This document shows positions 10,383 to 18,260 of a stretch of 45,831 nt of DNA, piece after piece. This stretch comes from Candidatus Margulisiibacteriota bacterium (lineage in GTDB: Bacteria; Margulisbacteria; WOR-1; O2-12-FULL-45-9). A model generated the notes under the pieces. That model ran no database searches. It had not been told where the DNA came from and saw only the letters and a program-made list of their open reading frames with translations. Position numbers and translations under genes: made by a program. The stretch covers positions 1-45,831 of the forward strand of contig JBDRHP010000068.1 of the NCBI GenBank assembly GCA_043816785.1, written 5' to 3'. How positions within the stretch are numbered: position 1 is the first letter of the stretch; each line of letters begins with the position of its first letter.

Positions 10383-11513
10383 CTAAGACATCTGGAAAAT
10401 CGTCAGCAGGACGTCGTGCATGGCCTGGTAGGAAGAGAATCTATCTTCTGGTTTGGGAGCCAGCGCCCGAAAGGTTGCCTGCCAGATCAGGGGCGAAACG
10501 TGGGCTGGGCGGTTTGGGATTAACTTATCGATAAAATGTTTAGGGTCAGCGCTGAAGCTGATCATCTGGCTGGGGTCGTTCGAGACAAATGGCTCTACGC
10601 CCGTCAGGAGCCAGTAGAGGACCGCGCCCAGGGAAAAAATATCTGCGCGATGATCAGCCTGCTTGGTCCCCCCATAATGAATAACCTCCGGCGCTGCGTA
10701 GCCCGGTGTTCCCATGAACTGTTCCACGGCTGTCAGCTCGCTTTGCGGCAACTTGGCTATGCCAAAATCGCCCAGCACAGCCCGTTTGACTTTGTTGTCA
10801 GCTATTTCCAGAAAAATGTTTTCAGGTTTGATGTCACGGTGGGCAAAATTGCCGGTGGGAGAGATTTGCCGCGCCGCGCGTTCAAAAGCGACCAAACCTT
10901 TCAGGATCTGGATCATGAGCCCTAATGAGACCCGCGGGTCAAAGGTTTGTCCAGGTTTTAGGGCTGAAATCAAATCCTTACCCTGGATCCTTTCCATAAT
11001 ATAAAAAGAGGGAAAGGGTTGGGGGTCACGGTCGATCAGCGCCACCACGTTGCGGCTGTTGATGTTTTCCATGATCTGGATCTCTTTGGCAAAGCGCAGC
11101 CGGAGTTGATCTCGGTCTGCTTTTGAAAAGTTATCAAGATTCATCAGTTTTTTAAGCAGATACTCTCTGCCTTGCTGATCGTGGACCACGAAGATCCGGG
11201 CCATACCGCCTTCAGCAAACATTTGTCTGACCTGGTATAAGCCTTTTGTTCCCTGGACGCTCCTGCCGACCTCGACCTTAACGTCAAACCCCATTTCCGC
11301 GTCAAAGACAGCTTCGATGCGGCGCCTGTTATCATCGCCGGTCATGAAAAAATTGGGGCTTTCCAGCGGGCCGTCCGCAGGGATTAATTGTCTTAGAGAG
11401 GGGAGCTGGCCAAAGGTTTTGGCCATAAAGCGGTCAACTCTTCTTAAGGCCGGATGCTGTGATCTAAGTAAACGGCCAACGTAATTATCTACGGTTCTTA
11501 ATATTCCTGGCAT
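10383..11513 (-). CDS. Soluble Hanks-type Ser/Thr protein kinase
   Basis: EGGMARIF, LLKKL, RFAKE, HRDIKPENI, LGDFGIAK, GTPGYAAPE, DIFSLG motifs. Confidence 0.93.
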   Translation of the reverse strand: MPGILRTVDNYVGRLLRSQHPALRRVDRFMAKTFGQLPSLRQLIPADGPLESPNFFMTGDDNRRRIEAVFDAEMGFDVKVEVGRSVQGTKGLYQVRQMFAEGGMARIFVVHDQQGREYLLKKLMNLDNFSKADRDQLRLRFAKEIQIMENINSRNVVALIDRDPQPFPSFYIMERIQGKDLISALKPGQTFDPRVSLGLMIQILKGLVAFERAARQISPTGNFAHRDIKPENIFLEIADNKVKRAVLGDFGIAKLPQSELTAVEQFMGTPGYAAPEVIHYGGTKQADHRADIFSLGAVLYWLLTGVEPFVSNDPSQMISFSADPKHFIDKLIPNRPAHVSPLIWQATFRALAPKPEDRFSSYQAMHDVLLTIFQMS

Positions 11514-11531
11514 TTGGATTTCCTCAGTGGT

Positions 11532-11559
11532 TTATCGGGGGAAAAGAAGAGCGATTTCA
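11532..11559 (-). promoter_or_regulatory. sigma28/FliA-like promoter P3
   Basis: Minus strand T-GAAATCGC-tcttcttttcc(11)-CCCGATAA, 18 nt upstream of the ATG at 11513. Confidence 0.65.
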
Positions 11560-11580
11560 GTATTTTTTGAAAAATTATTA

Positions 11581-11620
11581 TTGCCCCCGCTTACATAATA
11601 TATATATAAGTGGAGGCCAA
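11581..11620 (-). terminator. Imperfect stem-loop downstream of the PKD gene, possible terminator
   Basis: TTGCCCCCGCTTACATA...TATATAAGTGGAGGCCAA inverted repeat followed on the minus strand by an A/T-rich run. Confidence 0.35.
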
Positions 11621-11654
11621 CTCGACAAGCTCGGGAGTAACAGGCTTGACTGGT

Positions 11655-13295
11655 TTATGAGCCCCAGGTGTTGACAGTAGTTGTGATAGTGGAGGTTTGG
11701 CTGTTTTGATCTTCAACCGTTAGTGTAACAGTAAATGCTCCAATGTCATTGTATTGATGGCTGAAAATGCCGGTCCCGTTGGTAACAGGGGGATTGTCAT
11801 CGCCGTAGTTAATTGTGTAATTGACAATGTCCTCTGGATTTAGATTGCCGGCAGTGGCATAGCTGCCAGTGGCGTCAAAGTTAACTGTTAATGGTACAGG
11901 ACCCATGCTGGCAGGGGAGAGTACCAAATTGGGCACAGGATTGCCGTGGCCAACTATCTTTAAGGTCTGAGAAATTGTGAAGACAACGCTCGGGTCAGCC
12001 AGGCTGGTAGCATAAAGAATTACTGTGTAAGTCCCTGGTTCAGCGTAGGTGGCAGAAACATTTGTGCCGTACGCAATGGGGTCGCCATTAGCAAACTTCC
12101 AGCTGTAATCCCAGTTGGCAAGATCAGGAGCAACCACGCTCATTGCCACAGAAGTGTCTTCTTCTGCTGCGTCAGGCAGCGCCATTGATAAGGCTGGTAT
12201 TTCCACGCCCACCGGAACAATGGTTATGCTCTGGGTGACCAAATTATAAATGCTTGGGTCGGATAGAGATGCCACAGTAAGCCTAATATCGTAGGTGCCG
12301 GGATTGCTAAAGGCATGAAGCACAGCCGAGCCTGATTCAGCCGGCGAACCATCAACAAAATTCCAACCATAACTATAAGTCGCTTCATCAGCGCTGGGGG
12401 AAATAAAGCTGATGTTGTCCCCGACATAGCCGGCAAAGGGCGCAACTATCGCGGCCGGAGGTTTATCTATTACCCCGCTGGGATCTTGCACATAGAAAGT
12501 GCCGGTATCTATCCGCGCTGGATCTCCTTGGGGCCGCGACGTATCCCACACTTCAAATCTTACGATCTGGTTGCCTGGGTTTGCAAAAGACTGATCAGTA
12601 TAGAAAACGCCTGAATCCAGGTCAATGGTGGCATTGAGATACGCATTATCAGTAATGAAGAAAGCTTCTAAATTATTGCCGTCACTATCAGCCGTTATCT
12701 CTGGATCACATTCTGAAACAAGGGCCAGCGGCACAGAGAATTGGATGTTTTCCCCGGCGTAAACATCAGAGACATGCGGGGAAGAGGTGATGCCGGTGGC
12801 AAAGATAACTGGTGATGGATATTCGTCGCAAACATCGTATGGCTCAGTATCTGAAGATGGAACAACTGTCGGTAAGCCATAAATATGTTTAGTGATAAAG
12901 CTTTCGTGCTCAATGTCGGTTATAACAATTTCCGCATCACCGCCCCAATTAAAGGCATCAATTGTTATGGAGTAGCTGCCATCAGGGTTTAAGGTCATGG
13001 GGGCGTTTATAACCGGACCCAGCGTAAATGTCACCTCTATGCCAGAGGTGTCGCCGTTGCACCTTTCTGCAAACGGCAGCACAAAGGTAACTGGGTCGCC
13101 AAAAGTTACAGTGCCGTCATTATTCTGGCTGGCTGGATCAACATAGGGGTCGCCTGCTGCTGGCGAATAATTTGAGGCTACGCAGCTGTCGTCTAAGCCT
13201 TCAGCTGTACAGCCGGAAAACCCAACAGTATGGCTCGAGCCGGTAGGACCTCGATCATAGAAAAAATTCATTATTGTTGTGCCAATGTCGGACAT
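11655..13295 (-). CDS. Acidic PKD-domain-containing protein (three C-terminal PKD repeats)
   Basis: PKD-like segments YSYGWNFVDG...HAFSNPGTYDIRLTV, YSWKFANG...ATYAEPGTYTVILYA and YTINYGD...HQYNDIGAFTVTLTVED; no hydrophobic signal peptide. Confidence 0.85.
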   Translation of the reverse strand: MSDIGTTIMNFFYDRGPTGSSHTVGFSGCTAEGLDDSCVASNYSPAAGDPYVDPASQNNDGTVTFGDPVTFVLPFAERCNGDTSGIEVTFTLGPVINAPMTLNPDGSYSITIDAFNWGGDAEIVITDIEHESFITKHIYGLPTVVPSSDTEPYDVCDEYPSPVIFATGITSSPHVSDVYAGENIQFSVPLALVSECDPEITADSDGNNLEAFFITDNAYLNATIDLDSGVFYTDQSFANPGNQIVRFEVWDTSRPQGDPARIDTGTFYVQDPSGVIDKPPAAIVAPFAGYVGDNISFISPSADEATYSYGWNFVDGSPAESGSAVLHAFSNPGTYDIRLTVASLSDPSIYNLVTQSITIVPVGVEIPALSMALPDAAEEDTSVAMSVVAPDLANWDYSWKFANGDPIAYGTNVSATYAEPGTYTVILYATSLADPSVVFTISQTLKIVGHGNPVPNLVLSPASMGPVPLTVNFDATGSYATAGNLNPEDIVNYTINYGDDNPPVTNGTGIFSHQYNDIGAFTVTLTVEDQNSQTSTITTTVNTWGS

Positions 13296-13302
13296 GTTAT
13301 TC

Positions 13303-14034
13303 TTAACTCCTTTCCGGTCTCACTAAATTAATCTCAGCTTGCCTGGCAGCTTGTGCCAACTTGCTAAGTTGAACATCAGGCAATTCTCGGATCAGGACTT
13401 CAACAGCTTCTCGGCTTTCGCTATCATTGACTGATCTAAGCATTTGCTTTGCCAGACGGGTTTGTTCGCTAGCTGGGACGTTGGCATCTCTAATTTCTCC
13501 GGCCAGGGTTTGGGCATCTGCTGGGGTTCTGGTAGCGTTAATAATTTGCCGCTGGACAGATCTGCGCTTAACGCCGCGCACAATCTTTTCAACTCCCAGG
13601 GTAATTAAACTGGTGGTAATCCCACCTAGCCAGAGCAGAGCAATAACTGGGGACACGGGGGTTCCGGCAGCTGCGGCAGCAGAAATCGCGTAACCGCCAT
13701 ACAGAATGGTTGCGCCTAAGGTAGTCCAGGCTGCGGCCCGGGTGATTAAACCACCCTTGGGCACTAGTTCTCTATTCTTAGTGTCCATTTTAGCTATTTC
13801 TTTGCCTTGCTTGGCTAAACCAACTACTTCAAAGCCAGTGACCAAGGCAGCCATAGTGGCCTTGCCAACCAGACTTAAGCCAGCCATCATAATAAATGCT
13901 ATGCCAAAATTTCTTCCGCTTTGCAGGGTATATGATTGGCGAGCGCCATAATACCTTAAACCCAGCGCCTGACGCCTAAAAGCTGGCGCGCTCCTTCTTG
14001 GTTGGATCGGGGCGATGCTCATGTTTGCTACCAT
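13303..14034 (-). CDS. Hypothetical membrane protein (3-4 hydrophobic helices) with Arg-rich N-terminus
   Basis: 243-aa ORF, AGGAGG RBS, hydrophobic stretches at about aa 43-75 and 100-150. Confidence 0.75.
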   Translation of the reverse strand: MVANMSIAPIQPRRSAPAFRRQALGLRYYGARQSYTLQSGRNFGIAFIMMAGLSLVGKATMAALVTGFEVVGLAKQGKEIAKMDTKNRELVPKGGLITRAAAWTTLGATILYGGYAISAAAAAGTPVSPVIALLWLGGITTSLITLGVEKIVRGVKRRSVQRQIINATRTPADAQTLAGEIRDANVPASEQTRLAKQMLRSVNDSESREAVEVLIRELPDVQLSKLAQAARQAEINLVRPERS

Positions 14035-14054
14035 TTTTGTTCCCTCCTAATTAT

Positions 14055-14086
14055 TCTGATACTCTGATCTTCTGATACTCTGATAA
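14055..14086. repeat. Degenerate 8-mer tandem repeat (TCTGATnn x4) in a 5' UTR
   Basis: TCTGATAC TCTGATCT TCTGATAC TCTGATAA. Confidence 0.7.
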
Positions 14087-14100
14087 TCTTTCCTATATAT

Positions 14101-14128
14101 ATATCGGCACTTTTTTCAAATAATTTCA
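14101..14128 (-). promoter_or_regulatory. sigma28/FliA-like promoter P4
   Basis: Minus strand T-GAAATTAT-ttgaaaaaagt(11)-GCCGATAT. Confidence 0.72.
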
Positions 14129-14158
14129 GGCAATCATAAAGTAAAGCACTCGATTACT

Positions 14159-17100
14159 CTAAAAGCTTACTGTTGCATTGCCCTGAAAACTGTTAAGCGG
14201 GAAATTTGTTTCTTGATGCCAGTAGTTGGCGCCAAAATGCAAATATCGCAGGACATTAAATTGAATTCCAGCACCTGCTTGCCAGCCCATGGTCCAGTTG
14301 TCTTCTGTTGCCGGGTCATTATCCGGGGTTTGATAAGCCAGGCCCATAAAATTGCCTTGAATCGTTAACCAATCGATTCCTGGTTGGAATTCAATGGTCG
14401 GCCCAAAAGCGCAGGAATTCATGCGCCGCGCTTCGCCGCTATAATAAAAGGGATAACTGCCGCATTGCGCGCCCAGCTGCAAGCCCTCAAGCACGGGAAC
14501 GTCTGTCCAGTCAAAGTTGAAAAAAGCCTGGCCGCGATAAGCATTTAGATCCGCATCTGAAAAATTAAGGTCAATGCCCCCGCCCAGAGTGACGTATTCG
14601 TTATACCAGAAGAATTCAGACAGGAAATCAGGGTGCCTGAAGAAAAGCATGCTGGCTCCTGCATCGCCTGTAGTGGCCAGCCTAAACTGAAGATCCAGAC
14701 TAAAAGCAGAATGCGGCAGGAGTCTTGCGCCGGCGTAAGTTGAATAGATGTTGCCGGTAGGGCCCAGGTCAATCTGTTCCCTGCCGGTCAAATGCAGCCA
14801 GCTTAAACTGGGATGGAAAACGCTAAACGGCAGATGTCCGCCAAAATTAAGCTGGGTTTCTATCCTGCCATCAGAGCCGCTTAATGTTTGAAAACTAAAA
14901 GTTATTTCCGGCCTTAGTCTTTCCCGGACATGGGGGTCATTATAAAATTCTTCGATCTGTTGGCGGAGATCAGCCGGCGGATTTGTCATCTGATTAAGAT
15001 GGTCTAAGGCCGAGCGGATGTGTTGGGCCGCCTGATTGAGATTGGCTTGTCCCAGGCCAGATCCTTCGCGGGCCAACTGGGCCAACCCAAAATAAGCTCG
15101 GGCCAATAATTCATTCTGTTTATTTGGGTTATCGCTGATCAAATTTGCCAGCTGGACAACTGCTTCATATTGCTGCTGGGCTGCTTCGGTGTCTTGATGG
15201 CCAGAAGCGTAGCGATATATCTCTGCCAGTCCCAGATGAGCGCGGGCAAGCATTGTCAGCGTGTCTGCTGGCAGACCAGTTGTGTTAGGATATAAGGCGA
15301 TCAATTCTTGATAGGTCTGGATAGCTTGCTGGTAATTGTTTTGATAGCGGTAGATATCAGCCAGATTAATGCTGATCTCTGCCCTTAATGTTTGCGCCTT
15401 GACTGGATTGACTGCCTCAAGCTGGGCAATATTGGCTAACAGTTGAGTGGATTCGGTTTGCGCGCCGCTATAATCGTTGCTCCAGGTCAGCAGTTCGATC
15501 AATTTATTCCAAAGTTCGAATTTGTATTCAATAAAATTCCTTTGCCTGTTTGGCCCGAACAACTGTTCCATTTGCTGCAGCCGAGTTTGGTCAAGCTCGC
15601 TTCTGATCAGATCAATCGCTGCTGTGTAATTTTGGTCATAGGTTAGTCCTTCAACTTGATCAGAGATCAAGCGGCCGATCAGATCGGCCTGATTGCTTTG
15701 CCTGACAGCCTGGGCCAGGTCATTATTCATGATCGGGCTGGAATTGTGTTCCTGACGCATCTCGATTTCTGCCCGTAGCAGCCGATAGAGAGTTCTGATC
15801 TCCGGATCGCCGCTGGTGGGGTCGATCAGGGCCGGGTAAGCGCTTTGCAGTTGATTGAGAACAACATTAGCATTATCAAGCTGATCGCGGCTGCCCCAGG
15901 AAATTGCATCAGCCAGTTTTAGGTAAAGCCAGGCCTGTAAGTTTTCGGATAAGGCCAGCTGTCCGCTGGTGGTTAAGCGACTTCGCAAAGCTCTCATGGC
16001 TGTGATCAATTGACTGGTAGCTTCGTCAGGATTTGCTGGCGAGGTGAATTGTCTGTCCAGTAAAATATTGCAGATCAAAATTATCTTGGGGTGGTTTGCT
16101 GCGTTGCCGCTATAAGCTTCGATCAGGGCTTTGATTGTCCTGGGGATCAAGGCAGAATCCACGGCCTCACTACTAAAGATCTCGAAGGCACTCGTTTCCA
16201 GGGCAGCGATAGTTTCGCTGGAATATTGCTGCAGCCGCATATTGGCTTCTGCCCGCGCCAGACTAATCTCTCGTCCAGTTTGCTGCGCTTGATCCAGGAG
16301 CGGCCCGGTGAGTAAATTGCCCTGGAGCGCGGCCTCAAGGTAGGTGTTGGCTTCGTCAAGCATCAGCAGCACCTGCTCCAGGTTTTGCTCGGCAATGGTG
16401 TCATTTAGACGAATCTTGGCCATCCAGAGGTTAGCTTGGGCCCGGATCAAAGGGGAGGCGGCGCTGGTAGTTGCCAGCACTTGGTTAAACTCTGTTCTGG
16501 CGTTTGCCATAAATTGAGAATAGTCAGTTTGATTATTCAGGTCTCTTGAGATAAATGCCTGGCGGGCGTAGTTTTCGCCCAGCGACAACCTGATGGCTAG
16601 CTTTTCTGCAGGGCTCAAAATATCAATAGGGGTATTTGAGCCATATTGGTAAGTTTGGCCAAGGGCCTGGGTAAATTGCTGGGCCTGCTGGTTTAACAGC
16701 CTTAATTGTATTTCCAGCACTCTGGTTTGGCTGGGCCCGTTTTGCAAATCTTGTTGTTCTTGCGGCTCCAGGTCATTAATGATCAGGCAGTAAATGCTTG
16801 GTAAAGTTGTCTGGTTGATCTGGCCGATTAAGGCCATCATGAGATTGGCTCTGGCGACCCTGGCGTGAGTTGTAATATTAACCAGCCATCTCTGGGTGGT
16901 GCCAACCCTTGCGTGGCTGTCAAAAGCTGTTGACCATTCGATAATGTAATCAAGATGGCAAAGCGCCCGGCCAAACAGCGAGCTGGGATCCCCGTTATTG
17001 GCTGCCTGCAAATGGCCGCGCATGATTAAATTATCAGCCAGCGCCCGTCTGACTTCCAGAATGTCCAGCATCCGGTTTTGCGCCAGTGGGGCGGTATTGA

Positions 17101-18136
17101 CCAAATAATGCTCAGCCTCTTCCAAGAGAGCTGATCTTTGCTGGTCTGAAGCGGCGGCCAGGGCTTGCTGCATCAGGATGTTGCCCATCAGCATATTGGC
17201 AGAAGCAAATTCTTCTCGCGTTGATTGTAGATCTGTGCGCATAGCTTGCGGAATATAGCTTTCGCGGCCGCTGCGCAGAGTAGATAATGAAGCGGTATTT
17301 ATGTCTAGCTCATTGTCGCGCAAAGCCAATTGGTCGGCATAGGTGCGTGCCTCTGTTAATAATGTTTGGGCAGTAGTCGTGTCTCCCTGCCTTTGGGCGA
17401 TCATGGCCCGGCGATAGTAGTTCTCCGCTACCAGCCTGGAGAATTCGCTGATCGGCTGCCGCTGGTTATTTGATCCTCTGGTCAGGAGCTGATTGTAGAT
17501 TTGTTCCAGGGCCTGGCGTTCCATTTCCACGGCATTAGGCGCGTTTTGCCAATCATCATTGCTGGTAATACCAGCCAGGGCTGTTTGGTAGGCGGGGTTT
17601 TCTAATTCACTGCTTAAGATCATGGCAATAAGCGCCCGCCAGAAAGCGGAGTTATTGCTTACACTGTTGAGATTATCAGTGACGCTGCTGATGGAGTCGT
17701 TGCCCAGATTGCGGTCAAGCAGCCAGAGGACCAGTTCCAGTTCAGCTATCTGGCTGTTGTAGCTGGCGATATTTGCTTCGGCTGCGGCAATAACATGCGG
17801 ATCATGATGGCGCAGATCATTATTGGCCATGGCCCGTTGGTTTTCTATCAGAGTTTTTTCCTGAACAACTTGGGCGCGGCGGTTACTAACCACTTGGACA
17901 TAAGCGTCAGCTGTTTGGCCGGGGAAAGATTGGCATGATTGGAGCAGGGTACAGGTGGAGACAGTGGCGGGGGTGTTGCCGCCAGTAATTGTGACTGGGG
18001 CTGAATCCGACTCGGATTCTGTATCTGCTTGTGCCAGCAGTATTGGTTCAGGTTCACTTGCCGGGGTATTCGGGGAAGAAGCCCCGAATCTAGGCGCTAA
18101 ACTGACATTTGATATAATATTATAAATAGCCATCAT
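14159..18136 (-). CDS. TPR/alpha-solenoid protein with C-terminal outer-membrane beta-barrel (BcsC/PgaA-like architecture)
   Basis: About 1060 aa of TPR-like helices (e.g. LADIYRYQNNYQQAIQTYQELI, AHLGLAEIYRY, AYFGLAQLA), then about 250 aa of alternating Gly/aromatic strands ending in ...FQGNATVSF (terminal Phe beta-signal). Confidence 0.72.
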   Translation of the reverse strand: MMAIYNIISNVSLAPRFGASSPNTPASEPEPILLAQADTESESDSAPVTITGGNTPATVSTCTLLQSCQSFPGQTADAYVQVVSNRRAQVVQEKTLIENQRAMANNDLRHHDPHVIAAAEANIASYNSQIAELELVLWLLDRNLGNDSISSVTDNLNSVSNNSAFWRALIAMILSSELENPAYQTALAGITSNDDWQNAPNAVEMERQALEQIYNQLLTRGSNNQRQPISEFSRLVAENYYRRAMIAQRQGDTTTAQTLLTEARTYADQLALRDNELDINTASLSTLRSGRESYIPQAMRTDLQSTREEFASANMLMGNILMQQALAAASDQQRSALLEEAEHYLVNTAPLAQNRMLDILEVRRALADNLIMRGHLQAANNGDPSSLFGRALCHLDYIIEWSTAFDSHARVGTTQRWLVNITTHARVARANLMMALIGQINQTTLPSIYCLIINDLEPQEQQDLQNGPSQTRVLEIQLRLLNQQAQQFTQALGQTYQYGSNTPIDILSPAEKLAIRLSLGENYARQAFISRDLNNQTDYSQFMANARTEFNQVLATTSAASPLIRAQANLWMAKIRLNDTIAEQNLEQVLLMLDEANTYLEAALQGNLLTGPLLDQAQQTGREISLARAEANMRLQQYSSETIAALETSAFEIFSSEAVDSALIPRTIKALIEAYSGNAANHPKIILICNILLDRQFTSPANPDEATSQLITAMRALRSRLTTSGQLALSENLQAWLYLKLADAISWGSRDQLDNANVVLNQLQSAYPALIDPTSGDPEIRTLYRLLRAEIEMRQEHNSSPIMNNDLAQAVRQSNQADLIGRLISDQVEGLTYDQNYTAAIDLIRSELDQTRLQQMEQLFGPNRQRNFIEYKFELWNKLIELLTWSNDYSGAQTESTQLLANIAQLEAVNPVKAQTLRAEISINLADIYRYQNNYQQAIQTYQELIALYPNTTGLPADTLTMLARAHLGLAEIYRYASGHQDTEAAQQQYEAVVQLANLISDNPNKQNELLARAYFGLAQLAREGSGLGQANLNQAAQHIRSALDHLNQMTNPPADLRQQIEEFYNDPHVRERLRPEITFSFQTLSGSDGRIETQLNFGGHLPFSVFHPSLSWLHLTGREQIDLGPTGNIYSTYAGARLLPHSAFSLDLQFRLATTGDAGASMLFFRHPDFLSEFFWYNEYVTLGGGIDLNFSDADLNAYRGQAFFNFDWTDVPVLEGLQLGAQCGSYPFYYSGEARRMNSCAFGPTIEFQPGIDWLTIQGNFMGLAYQTPDNDPATEDNWTMGWQAGAGIQFNVLRYLHFGANYWHQETNFPLNSFQGNATVSF

Positions 18137-18195
18137 AATATCCCTTTTACCTGATATTCTGGTCCTCTAATATTCTGATAATCTTTCCTATATAT

Positions 18196-18223
18196 ATATC
18201 GTCAAATTTTGGGCGGAATTTCA
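18196..18223 (-). promoter_or_regulatory. sigma28/FliA-like promoter P5
   Basis: Minus strand T-GAAATTCC-gcccaaaattt(11)-GACGATAT. Confidence 0.68.
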
Positions 18224-18260
18224 GGCGATTTAAGCTAGCTGGGGCAAACCAGGGGAATAA

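Noticed and set aside
14055..18223. CRISPR array suggested by the identical 28-nt repeats
   Set aside because: Only two copies, 4 kb apart, overlapping promoters; no spacers and no cas genes.
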